From: Eukaryota sp. TZLM1-RC
Taxonomy: Eukaryota > Protista > Metamonada: BaSk clade
Assembly: GCA_040285825.1 (NCBI GenBank)
Contig: JAUPSS010000001.1
Span: 3,534,001-3,598,000, forward strand
Direction: 5' to 3'
DNA length: 64,000 bases
Made by a program: the position numbers and the translations under genes. Positions 27,476-39,213 of the stretch are shown here, one piece after another. How positions within the stretch are numbered: the first letter of the stretch is position 1; the number at the start of each line of letters is the position of its first letter. The notes beneath the pieces were generated by a model. That model did not search any database. It was not told the DNA's origin and worked only from the letters and a program-made list of their open reading frames with translations.

Positions 27476-28688
27476 TTGGTTCACTTGCACCAACTGCTCT
27501 ACGTTTTTTGGATGATTTTGAAATGATTGTAAAGAGAAGAACTGGTAGAAATTTCAACAGATTGTTTTGGCAAAATAGAATTGTGTTTTCTATTTTTAAG
27601 GGGATGTTGAAGATGGTTTCTGATGCTTTGCTTTCTCTTGGATCTCACTATGAGAGAGTTGCATCTAGTGTTTTTGTTTTGGGAGAGATGGATTTTTTAG
27701 ATGTTGATTTATAGGTTTTGAATAAAATTAAATTTAAAAAAAAACATGGCGAACATGTTTCAATTCTTTTAAGGGATTTGCATACTTTTTCCGTTTGTAC
27801 AATTCGGAGTCATCAAGGGGGGATACTTCGGATTGAGCATTTTTCAAGGCATTTTTCTTGCAAACATCCACTGTTACGACATCAACAACATTCATGACAT
27901 CATCAAACGAGGGCACAACAACATCAGCACGTCGTTTTCCATATTCTGAATCTCTTACGCTTTCATTTATATCAAGAGACCTCAACAAAGGTTCTACAAA
28001 AGATTCAATATGATAGGAATTACACATTGCATGGATTTGATCTCTGACTGCATCATGCAACGTAGAACGATAGGAAATAAATCTATTACAATTAAATAAA
28101 TGTGATAATGTCAAACCAGCTCCACATTTGCAAAACAAATCATTGGGCAAATTACAAGGCCATAAATAACAACGCATTCTCATAGCAGTGGTCCATTGGT
28201 CGTCATTCAAAAATAGACCATAAATCTGGGGAATTTGATTTATCAAAACTGCAGATGAACTGTCCTTCAAATCAATCAAAAAATTTGCAAAAACAGGATT
28301 TTCTTTCTTAGCCGTGCTAAGTCGAACAATAAAATCCTTGTTTTCAAAATTTTTCAAAAGATGTCGTTGGAGCTTTTTCAACGCAAATTTTAATGAATAT
28401 AAACTTCTGTCTGGAATTTCTTGAATGGATATGGGGAAACATGATTGCCATAAGTCGGGAGATAAACTGGATATTTCTTCTCTTAAGTTATCCAGGAATA
28501 GGCTATTTGTATTTTCAAGAAGATTTTCGGCAAAGGATATCTTCTAGAGAATTCAAATACAAAATTTTTCCACCACCAATAAATGCAGCTTTGGTCAAAT
28601 ATTTTGATGAATTGAATCCAATACCGCCAAGTTGAACATCAGAAAAAATATGATTTTTCAAAATTGATGGATCAACAGACATTAAATA

Positions 28689-29833
28689 TTTTATTTATGA
28701 ATTAAATTAAATTTTATTTATGAATTTTCTCGTAGATTTCCTGATGATTCTCATCTGTTAGTCCCCAATTGTAGTCCCTATTTGTATGAGTTATCTTGTG
28801 AACTTGAAAAATTACCGCCACAAATTTGGACCAAATGCTTTCCTCAATCAATTCAAGAAATTCCAAACCGATCTCTATTTAATTTACAGTTTTGCTGTAA
28901 AAAGCTTCAACAAAAATTGTCAAAGATTTTTGAAAGCTTGGATTTTGATGTTAGACTTGGCTTGGCCAAGAAAAAGAATCCCGCTTTTGCAAATCTTTTA
29001 CAAGACATGTGTGACAGTACTTCTTCTGCCTTAGTAACAACAATTCCACAAGTATATGGTACTCTCTTATCCGATTCTGCTTGGACTCTGAATATGAGAT
29101 TTCGTTCCTTTATCTGGCCTGATAATTTACCTCATAATTTAATTTGTAAATGTTCTCGAGAAATTACAACTACTCATTTGTTAAATTGTAAACATTTTAT
29201 TACTTTTAGAAGCAAGGTTCATGATGCTGTAAGAGACCAGTTATATTGTATGTGTAAATCTCATAGAATTGAATCCTTCTTGGAACCTTTGTTGTCAAAT
29301 CTGTTTGATGCTGAAAATGATTTTCATAAGAATAATAGAGGTGATGTCATATTACCTGGATTAGATGGAAGCTTCATTTTATTGGATGTAATGTCTGTTG
29401 ATCCTTGTAATGCCTCAAATGAAAGGCTTGTTAATTCTGAAATTCATAATCCCCTTTCAAATGCTGAAAATTTTAAATTCAAAAAATACAATGAACCTTT
29501 GTCCAAATTGGCCAGTCTACAGCATGCAAAAATACAATTTGTATCCATTTGTATTTTCCCTTTTTGGTTCACTTGCACCAACTGCTTTACGTTTTTTGGA
29601 TGATTTTGAAATGATTGTAAAGAGAAGAACTGGCAGAAATTTCAACAGATTGTTTTGGCAAAATAGAATTGTGTTTTCTATTTTTAAGGGGATGTTGAAG
29701 ATGGTTTCTGATGCTTTGCTTTCTCTTGGATCTCACTATGAGAGAGTTGCATCTAGTGTTTTTGTTTTGGGAGAGATGGATTTTTTAGATGTTGATTTAT
29801 AGGTTTAGAATAAAATTAAATTTTAAAAAAAAA
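28689..29833 (+). mobile_element. Family A, 5'-truncated
   Basis: TSD AACAGACATTAAATA 28674-28688/29834-29848. Confidence 0.92.
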
Positions 29834-30091
29834 AACAGACATTAAATAAGCCAAAAATTGGGTACGTATTTTGTTAAATTGTCTACAAAAATTGTAAGTT
29901 AGGGATGGAGGTAATGATCTCAGCAAATGAGAAATTTTTCCAGCATAACAAATTTTCAAAAGAAAAAACTTAAGATGTTTTTCCAATTCAAGAGTCTTAA
30001 TGACTTCTAGCTCTTTTTAAATTAGCAACCAAGAAAGCAGAAACTAGTTGAAGTATAATCAATATATGGAACTTCAAGGGAATTAATTATT

Positions 30092-30463
30092 TTTTTTTTT
30101 TTAAAATTTAATATTCATATATATTATTCAGAAGTAAAATTTCTCATTTCCATTGAGAAGGGGATTGTGCTGGCGGGACTTATTTCTACTGGGATCCGGA
30201 TCGGGGGTCTTACGCTATCAACGGCTTTACAATTCGTACAAAACAGAAGTTTTCGACCATTTCGTGAATCTGCAACATCTTTTTTGCAAAATGGACAACA
30301 AAAATTACTGTTTTCAGAAGGGGAAGAAGAGGGAACACTAGAAGCATTTAACTGTTGATCGTCAGAAACATTATTTTCAGCACCTTTCACAACGGCAACA
30401 GCTGGAACAGAACATTTGAGAATTTGTTGAGCAGATTTTAATTCAAATTCTCTTTTTTGTTTC
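30092..30463 (-). mobile_element. Family A insert: poly(A) + ~10 nt of 3' UTR fused to an N-terminal-region fragment
   Basis: TSD GAATTAATTATT 30080-30091/30464-30475; 30126-30463 matches A at about 46770-47108. Confidence 0.85.
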
Positions 30464-30852
30464 GAATTAATTATTAACTTAACATTTTTCCTAGAAATAC
30501 AAAAACATTTTTGAACATTCAACTCAAGACCTATGGATTGGTATAATGTAGCAGCTTCATTAGCAACCCTATTAATTGTACTTTCTGGACCAATACAAGA
30601 AATGTCATCCATGTAAGCTACCACTTGAAGGTCAGAATTTTCTTCTTTTAATTTTTTCAAAATTGGGTGAATTGCAAGACAAAAAAAAGTTCAGTAATAG
30701 TGACGCTTGTTTGGAGGATATTGAATTCTAGATGGTTATTTTTATCTCAATAAATATTCCAGTTTTTAAAAAAAAACGAATACCAGACTGATCATAATTG
30801 ATAAAGGGGACATTGACATCATTAATGAAAAAATCAATTGGTTCATGGCCAA

Positions 30853-30900
30853 TTTTTTTTAACATACTTTTAATTTATTTTCAAAACCACAGTCTAAAAT
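30853..30900 (-). mobile_element. Family B mini-insert (tail + 3' UTR + stop codon)
   Basis: Matches the B 3' end (TAGACTGTGGTTTTGAAAATAAA); the host resumes via CAAT(A) duplication/microhomology. Confidence 0.8.
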
Positions 30901-31509
30901 CAATAATCAAACATTTGGAGATATTCAATGAGAGACCAATATCTTCATAACGCTGTTGAATAAAAGTTGCTATTTGAATTGTAATAGGAGCAATTACAGA
31001 AATGTCATCCATATATGCCACAATATCTATTTCTGGGAATTTTTCTTTCAATTCGCACATTAATGGATGAGTTGCCAGACAAAAGAAAAAAGGACCAAGG
31101 GGATCACCTTGTTTTACACCTGAAGACGAAAGTAGGTCAAAGTTTTCATAGACCAATGTGGATGATTTTCCATAAAATGAATAGAAAACAGGCTCAACTT
31201 CGGGAAAATGCTTAATGGACCACTGCTATGAGAATGCGTTGTTATTTATGGCCTTGTAATTTGCCCAATGATTTGTTTTGTAAATGTGGAGCTGGTTTGA
31301 CATTATCACATTTATTTAATTGTAATAGATATATTTCCTATCGTTCTACGTTGCATGATGCAGTCAGAGATCAAATCCATGCAATGTGTAATTCCTATCA
31401 TATTGAATCCTTTGTAGAACCTTTGTTGAGGTCTCTTCATATAAATGAAAGCGTAAGAGATTCAGAATATGGAAAACGACGTGCTGATGTTGTTGTGCCC
31501 TCGTTTGAT

Positions 31510-32599
31510 TTTTTTTTTAATTTTAATTTATTTTCAAAACCACAGTCTAAAAGTCAATTTCTTCAAAACAAGCTTCCACACCATCAAACCTTACAGCAGC
31601 AATGTTTTCATAATGTGCACTGACAGACATTAAAGCTTTCGAAATCATTTTAGGAATTGATTTGAAAATAGTAAAAACAATACGATTTAGCCACAAGCGA
31701 CGATCAAAACGCTTATTCATTCTTTTTTTCACAAGATTTTCAAAATCATCAATAAAATTCAAAGCAGTTTTTCCAAGACGACCATACAACGATATAGCAA
31801 ATGGGCAAATTTGGTAATCTACATGGCGAACATGTTTCAATTCTTTTAAAGGATTTGCATACTTTTTCCGTTTGTACAATTCGGAGTCATCAAGGGGGAT
31901 ACTTCGGATTGAGCATTTTTCAAGGCATTTTTCTTGCAAACATCCACTGTTACGACATCAACAACATTCATGACATCATCAAACGAGGGCACAACAACAT
32001 CAGCACGTCGTTTTCCATATTCTGAATCTCTTACGCTTTCATTTATATCAAGAGACCTCAACAAAGGTTCTACAAAAGATTCAATATGATAGGAATTACA
32101 CATTGCATGGATTTGATCTCTGACTGCATCATGCAACGTAGAACGATAGGAAATATATCTATTACAATTAAATAAATGTGATAATGTCAAACCAGCTCCA
32201 CATTTACAAAACAAATCATTGGGCAAATTACAAGGCCATAAATAACAACGCATTTTCATAGCAGTGGTCCATTGGTCGTCATTCAAAAATAGACCATAAA
32301 TCTGGGGAATTTGATTTATCAAAACTGCAGATGAACTGTCCTTCAAATCAATCAAAAAATTGGCAAAAGCAGGATTTTCTTTCTTAGCCGTGCTAAGTCG
32401 AACAATAAAATCCTTGTTTTCAAAATTTTTCAAAAGATGTCGTTGGAGCTTTTTCAACGCAAATTTTAATGAATATAAACTTCTGTCTGGAATTTCTTGA
32501 ATGGATATGGGGAAACATGATTGCCATAAGTCGGGAGATAAACTGGATATTTCTTCTCTTAAGTTATCCAGGAATATGCTATTTGTATATTCAAAAAGA
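31510..32599 (-). mobile_element. Family B, 5'-truncated
   Basis: TSD GCCCTCGTTTGAT 31497-31509/32600-32612. Confidence 0.9.
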
Positions 32600-32752
32600 G
32601 CCCTCGTTTGATGATGTCATGAATGTTGTTGATGTCGTAACAGTGGATGTATGCAAGAAAAATGCCTTGAAAAATGCTCAATCCGAAGTATCCCCCCTTG
32701 ATGACTCCGAATTGTACAAACGGAAAAAGTATGCAAATCCTTTAAAAGAATT

Positions 32753-33003
32753 TTTTTTTAAATTAATTTTATTTTATTGTTAAACCACAGTCTAAAAGTC
32801 AATATCTTCAAAACAAGCTTCCACACCATCAAACCTTACAGCAGCAATGTTTTCATAATGTGCACTGACAGACATTAAAGCTTTCGAAATCATTTTAGGA
32901 ATTGATTTGAAAATAGTAAAAACAATACGATTTAGCCACAAGCGACGATCAAAACGCTTATCCATTCTTTTTTTCACAAGATTTTCAAAATCATAAAAAA
33001 TCA
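32753..33003 (-). mobile_element. Family B short copy (MDKRF variant)
   Basis: TSD TTTAAAAGAATT 32741-32752/33004-33015. Confidence 0.9.
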
Positions 33004-33502
33004 TTTAAAAGAATTGAAACATGTTCGCCATGTAGATTACCAAATTTGCCCATTTGCTATATCGTTGTATGGTCGTCTTGGAAAAACTGCTTTGAATTTT
33101 ATTGATGATTTTGAAAATCTTGTGAAAAAAAGAATGAATAAGCGTTTTGATCGTCGCTTGTGGCTAAATCGTATTGTTTTTACTATTTTCAAATCAATTC
33201 CTAAAATGATTTCGAAAGCTTTAATGTCTGTCAGTACACATTATGAAAACATTGCTGCTGTAAGGTTTGATGGTGTGGAAGCTTGTTTTGAAGATATTGA
33301 CTTTTAGACTGTGGTTTTGAAAATAAATATTACTTTCCAAAAAAAAGGAAAATGCTTTCGCAGCAAAGGTAAAATGGAAGAACGAGATACAGAATTGAAA
33401 GCATTCTTAAAATCTAAATTGAAGATGTAATTAGAATCACTAGAATTAAAAAAACACATCCGACGAAAGAGCAGCAGAAGAAGCACCATCAATTGTCTTG
33501 AT

Positions 33503-34295
33503 TTTTTTAAATATAATTTTATTCTAAACCAATAAATCAACATCTAAAAAATCCATCTCTCCCAAAACAAAAACACTAGATGCAACTCTCTCATAGTGAG
33601 ATCCAAGAGAAAGCAAAGCATCAGAAACCATCTTCAACATCCCCTTAAAAATAGAAAACACAATTCTATTTTGCCAAAACAATCTGTTGAAATTTCTGCC
33701 AGTTCTTCTCTTTTCAATCATTTCAAAATCATCCAAAAACGTAAAGCAGTTGGTGCAAGTGAACCAAAAAGGGAAAATACAAATGGATACAAATTATATT
33801 TTTGCATGCTGTAGACTGGCCAATTTGGACAAAGGTTCATTGTATTTTTGAATTTAAAATTTTCAGCATTTGAAAGGGATTATGAATTTCAGAATTAACA
33901 AGCCTTTCATTTGAGGCATTACAAGGATCAACAGACATTACATCCAATAAAATGAAGCTTCCATCTAATCCAGGTAATATGACATCACCTCTATTATTCT
34001 TATGAAAATCATTTTCAGCATCAAACAGATTTGACAACATAGGTTCCAAGAAGGATTCAATTCTATGAGATTTACACATACAATATAACTGGTCTCTTAC
34101 AGCATCATGAACCTTGCTTCTAAAAGTAATAAAATGTTTACAATTTAACAAATGAGTAGTTGTAATTTCTCGAGAACATTTACAAATTAAATTATGAGGT
34201 AAATTATCAGGCCAGATAAAGGAACGAAATCTCATATTCAGAGTCCAAGCAGAATCGGATAAGAGAGTACCATAAACTTGTGGAATTGTTGTTAC
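33503..34295 (-). mobile_element. Family A' 3' part, cut at 34295 by a B-variant tail
   Basis: IEKRR and EPML markers; poly(T) on + at 33502-33508. Confidence 0.88.
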
Positions 34296-35387
34296 TTTTT
34301 TTTTGAAAAATTTTAATTTATTATTAAACTACAGTCTAAAAGTCAATATCTTCAAAACAAGCTTCCACACTATCAAACCTCACAACAGCAATTTCTTCGT
34401 AATGTGCACTGACAGACATCAAAGCTTTCGAAATCATTTTAGGAATTGATTTGAAAATAGTAAAAACAATACGATTTAGCCACAAGCGACGATCAAAACG
34501 CTTATTCATTCTTCTTTTCACAAGATTTTCAAAATCATCAATAAAATTCATAGCAGTTTTTCCAAGACGACCATACAACGATATAGCAAATGGGCAAATT
34601 TGGTAATCTACATGGCGAACATGTTTCAATTCTTTTAAAGGATTTGCATACTTTTTCCGTTTGTACAATTCGGAGTCATCAAGGGGGATACTTCGGATTG
34701 AGCATTTTTCAAGGCATTTTTCTTGCAAACATCCACTGTTACGACATCAACAACATTCATGACATCATCAAACGAGGGCACAACAACATCAGCACGTCGT
34801 TTTCCATATTCTGAATCTCTTACGCTTTCATTTATATCAAGAGACCTCAACAAAGGTTCTACAAAAGATTCAATATGATAGGAATTACACATTGCATGGA
34901 TTTGATCTCTGACTGCATCATGCAACGTAGAACGATAGGAAATATATCTATTACAATTAAATAAATGTGATAATGTCAAACCAGCTCCACATTTACAAAA
35001 CAAATCATTGGGCAAATTACAAGGCCATAAATAACAACGCATTTTCATAGCAGTGGTCCATTGGTCGTCATTCAAAAATAGACCATAAATCTGGGGAATT
35101 TGATTTATCAAAACTGCAGATGAACTGTCCTTCAAATCAATCAAAAATTGGCAAAAGCAGGATTTTCTTTCTTAGCCGTGCTAAGTCGAACAATAAAATC
35201 CTTGTTTTCAAAATTTTTCAAAAGATGTCGTTGGAGCTTTTTCAACGCAAATTTTAATGAATATAAACTTCTGTCTGGAATTTCTTGATTGGATATGGGG
35301 AAACATGATTGCCATAAGTCGGGAGATAAACTGGATATTTCTTCTCTTAAGTTATCCAGGAATATGCTATTTGTATATTCAAAAAGA
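34296..35387 (-). mobile_element. Family B mosaic copy (EEIAVV-variant 3' end, remainder like 31510-32599)
   Basis: ORF 34336-34728 has EEIAVV/TAMNF; ORF 34635-35144 has MKMR as at 31846-32457. Confidence 0.85.
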
Positions 35388-36289
35388 GCCCTCGTTTGAT
35401 GATGTCATGAATGTTGTTGATGTCGTAACAGTGGATGTATGCAAGAAAAATGCCTTGAAAAATGCTCAATCCGAAGTATCCCCCCTTGATGACTCCGAAT
35501 TGTACAAACGGAAAAAGTATGCAAATCCTTTAAAAGAATTTTTTTTTAAATTAATTTTATTTTATTGTTAAACCACAGTCTAAAAGTCAATATCTTCAAA
35601 ACAAGCTTCCACACCATCAAACCTTACAGCAGCAATGTTTTCATAATGTGCACTGACAGACATTAAAGCTTTCGAAATCATTTTAGGAATTGATTTGAAA
35701 ATAGTAAAAACAATACGATTTAGCCACAAGCGACGATCAAAACGCTTATCCATTCTTTTTTTCACAAGATTTTCAAAATCATAAAAAATCATTTAAAAGA
35801 ATTGAAACATGTTCGCCATGTAGATTACCAAATTTGCCCATTTGCTATATCGTTGTATGGTCGTCTTGGAAAAACTGCTTTGAATTTTATTGATGATTTT
35901 GAAAATCTTGTGAAAAAAAGAATGAATAAGCGTTTTGATCGTCGCTTGTGGCTAAATCGTATTGTTTTTACTATTTTCAAATCAATTCCTAAAATGATTT
36001 CGAAAGCTTTAATGTCTGTCAGTACACATTATGAAAACATTGCTGCTGTAAGGTTTGATGGTGTGGAAGCTTGTTTTGAAGATATTGACTTTTAGACTGT
36101 GGTTTTGAAAATAAATATTACTTTCCAAAAAAAAGGAAAATGCTTTCGCAGCAAAGGTAAAATGGAAGAACGAGATACAGAATTGAAAGCATTCTTAAAA
36201 TCTAAATTGAAGATGTAATTAGAATCACTAGAATTAAAAAACACATCCGACGAAAGAGCAGCAGAAGAAGCACCATCAATTGTCTTGAT

Positions 36290-37475
36290 TTTTTTTAAAT
36301 ATAATTTTATTCTAAACCAATAAATCAACATCTAAAAAATCCATCTCTCCCAAAACAAAAACACTAGATGCAACTCTCTCATAGTGAGATCCAAGAGAAA
36401 GCAAAGCATCAGAAACCATCTTCAACATCCCCTTAAAAATAGAAAACACAATTCTATTTTGCCAAAACAATCTGTTGAAATTTCTGCCAGTTCTTCTCTT
36501 TTCAATCATTTCAAAATCATCCAAAAAACGTAAAGCAGTTGGTGCAAGTGAACCAAAAAGGGAAAATACAAATGGATACAAATTATATTTTGCATGCTGT
36601 AGACTGGCCAATTTGGACAAAGGTTCATTGTATTTTTTGAATTTAAAATTTTCAGCATTTGAAAGGGATTATGAATTTCAGAATTAACAAGCCTTTCATT
36701 TGAGGCATTACAAGGATCAACAGACATTACATCCAATAAAATGAAGCTTCCATCTAATCCAGGTAATATGACATCACCTCTATTATTCTTATGAAAATCA
36801 TTTTCAGCATCAAACAGATTTGACAACATAGGTTCCAAGAAGGATTCAATTCTATGAGATTTACACATACAATATAACTGGTCTCTTACAGCATCATGAA
36901 CCTTGCTTCTAAAAGTAATAAAATGTTTACAATTTAACAAATGAGTAGTTGTAATTTCTCGGGAACATTTACAAATTAAATTATGAGGTAAATTATCAGG
37001 CCAGATAAAGGAACGAAATCTCATATTCAGAGTCCAAGCAGAATCGGATAAGAGAGTACCATAAACTTGTGGAATTGTTGTTACTAAGGCAGAAGAAGTA
37101 CTGTCACATATATCTTGTAAAAGATTTGCAAAAGCGGGATTCTTTTTCTTGGCCAAGCCAAGTCTAACATCAAAATCCAAGCTTTCAAAAATCTTTGACA
37201 ATTTTTGTTGAAGCTTTTTACAGCAAAACTATAAATTAAATAGAGATCGGTTTGGAATTTCTTGAATTGATTGAGGAAAACTTTTGGTCCAAATTTGTGG
37301 CGGTAATTTTTCAAGTTCACAAGATAACTCATACAAATAGGGACTACAATTGGGGACTAACAGATGAGAATCATCAGGAAATCTACGAGAAAATTCATAA
37401 ATAAAATTTTTGCCACCACCCAAGAATGCTGATTGACACAAAATTGAAGATTTAGTAAAACCAATACCACCCAAA
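36290..37475 (-). mobile_element. Family A' copy (second duplicate), ending at a family C tail
   Basis: ORFs 36312-36620, 36506-37201, 37229-37474. Confidence 0.88.
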
Positions 37476-38532
37476 TTTTTTTTAAAAAACTGGAATATTT
37501 ATTGAGATAAAAATAACCATCTAAAATTCAATATCCTCCAAACAAGCGTCACTATTACTGAACATACTCACAGCATTACGTTCATATTCTACACCGATAG
37601 CTTAAAGTGCCTTTGAAATCATTGTAGGAATAGACTTGAAAATGCAAAAAACAATTCTATTTAACCGGAAAGTGGAGTTCATTGTTTTACCAGACCTATT
37701 CAGTAACACTTTTTTTAAAATTTTCCAAAATGTGCAACCCTGAAGGTCCAATATTGCCAAAAAAAGAAATTGCAAACGGCACAAACTGATATTTCACATG
37801 TTCCACTACCTGACTGTGCCAAAGGTTCTTCATATTTTTTTATCTTCTTTTTTTTCGGCGTTAGATAACGGCGAATCAGCGGAATACACTAAAGGAGCAG
37901 CAGAATTTTTGCAAACATCAACTGAGACAACATCTACAACATTGAGAACACCATCGATCCCTGGAGCTACTAAATCTGCCCTTCTTTTACCAAAGGAATC
38001 ATCAGTTTGATCTGAAGACAGCTTACGTACTAGTGGCTCAATAAATGCCTCTATATTGAAACTTTTGCACATGGCATATAATTGATCACGAACTGAGTCA
38101 TGAACAATTGAGCGATAAGTTATAAAATACTTACAGTTTAAAATATGGGAAAGCGTAACAACACTCTTGCAGCGACAAATTAAATCATTAGGTAATGAAC
38201 AAGGCCATAGAAAACATCTCATTCTCATTGTAGTGGTCCATTGGTGATCATTAAGTAGAAGGCCATAAGTGTTGGGAATTTGGGAGATTAAGCAACTTGA
38301 GCAACTGTCTTCAAGATCAATCAAAAAGTTTGCAAAAACGGGTATTTTTCTTTAGCCAGGCTAAGACGTACAATATAATCCAAGTTTTCTGAAACTTTCA
38401 AGATTGTTTTCTGCAGTTTTGCAAAAGTCAGTGGTAAGGAGAGCAAGCTTCTTGGAGGAAGTTCCACAATATCGGAGGGGAAACATTTAGCCCAAATATT
38501 GGGTGAAAGAGTTTCAATTCCCTGTTGCAAAA
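37476..38532 (-). mobile_element. Family C, 5'-truncated, more diverged than the other C copies
   Basis: ORFs 37830-38324 and 38321-38530; C-type tail AATAAATATTCCAGTTTTTT-An. Confidence 0.9.
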
Positions 38533-39171
38533 TTTCCTGTTGGGAAAAGCTAATTCATCTTTTCAGGCAAGAAAATTGTTTTTGAGAGGTAGATATGGAA
38601 GCGGATTAAAAAATATTTTTTCGGGAAAACTGGCTGATACCAATCTCGAAACTGTTGAAAAATTGAAATCCCTCCATCCAACTGAACATTTTTGCCCCAG
38701 TAAGCCTTCTATTTGTCAATATTGGCTCGAAAATCCATTTCAGGCTCAAGAAGTATTGAATGCCGTTGCTAAATTACCAAAAGGAAAAGCTGCTGGTCCT
38801 TCAGGCATTTCCTTTGATTTGTTAAAAACTGCCTGTAAAAATGCTCCTGAAATTGTTGAGGATCTTGCTTCCTATTTTCAAAATTTAATGTGTTTAAATT
38901 ATGTTCCTCCGCCTGAATTGACTGCTGCCCGTTTAGTTGCTTTAGTTAAACCTGGTAAAGGTGACAAACCTGATGGAGTTAGACCAATTGCCATTGGAGA
39001 GTCATTAACCAGATTGCTTTCTTCGCTTATTTTTAACAGAATTTCTACTAAAGCAAGGGACTATTTGAAGCCTTTCCAATTTGGTATAAAAACTGTTGAA
39101 GGTGCTTCTGTTGCTTCAATGACTTCAGATGTTTTTTTCAATAGTAAACAACATCAATATATTTTCAATTT

Positions 39172-39213
39172 TTTTTTAAAAACTGGAATATTTATTGAGA
39201 TAAAAATAACCAT
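39172..39213 (-). mobile_element. Family C mini-insert (3' UTR + tail only, ~42 bp)
   Basis: 22-bp duplication AACATCAATATATTTTCAATTT 39150-39171/39214-39235. Confidence 0.85.

Larger units (their letters stand above)
20236..27743 (+). mobile_element. Family A, 5'-truncated, split into 20236-21255, 24933-25727 and 27476-27743
   Basis: TSD ACATGGCGAACA 20224-20235/27744-27755; RT ORF 20214-21293. Confidence 0.92.
19911..30688 (-). mobile_element. Family B (variant EEIAVV/TAMNF), split into 19911-20235, 27744-28688, 29834-30091 and 30464-30688
   Basis: Outer TSD GTTCAGTAAT 19901-19910/30689-30698; internal joins by TSDs. Confidence 0.9.
5714..30776 (+). mobile_element. Family C host element split into 5714-5825, 16601-17022, 19400-19910 and 30689-30776
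   Basis: The last three pieces rejoin through TSDs AAGTTTCAATAT (17011-17022/19400-19411) and GTTCAGTAAT (19901-19910/30689-30698). The first piece (KVCYSGKFTYILKSTSPS) is assigned to C by elimination. Confidence 0.75.
31214..33346 (+). mobile_element. Family B, 5'-truncated, carrying two antisense B inserts
   Basis: TSD GGAAAATGCTT 31203-31213/33347-33357. Confidence 0.9.
30777..33502 (-). mobile_element. RT-core fragment of probable family C, split into 30777-30852, 30901-31213 and 33347-33502
   Basis: LDFKNAFNSVSRSS, GVKQGDPLGPFFFCLATHP and YMDDISV differ from A, B, D and E; assignment to C is by elimination. Confidence 0.75.
31800..37085. repeat. Tandem duplication of a ~2788-bp multi-element block (about 31800-34296 = 34590-37085)
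   Basis: Identical private junctions recur at +2788/2789 (32600/35388, ORFs 32469/35257, 32792/35580, 33014/35802, 33304/36092). Confidence 0.92.
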
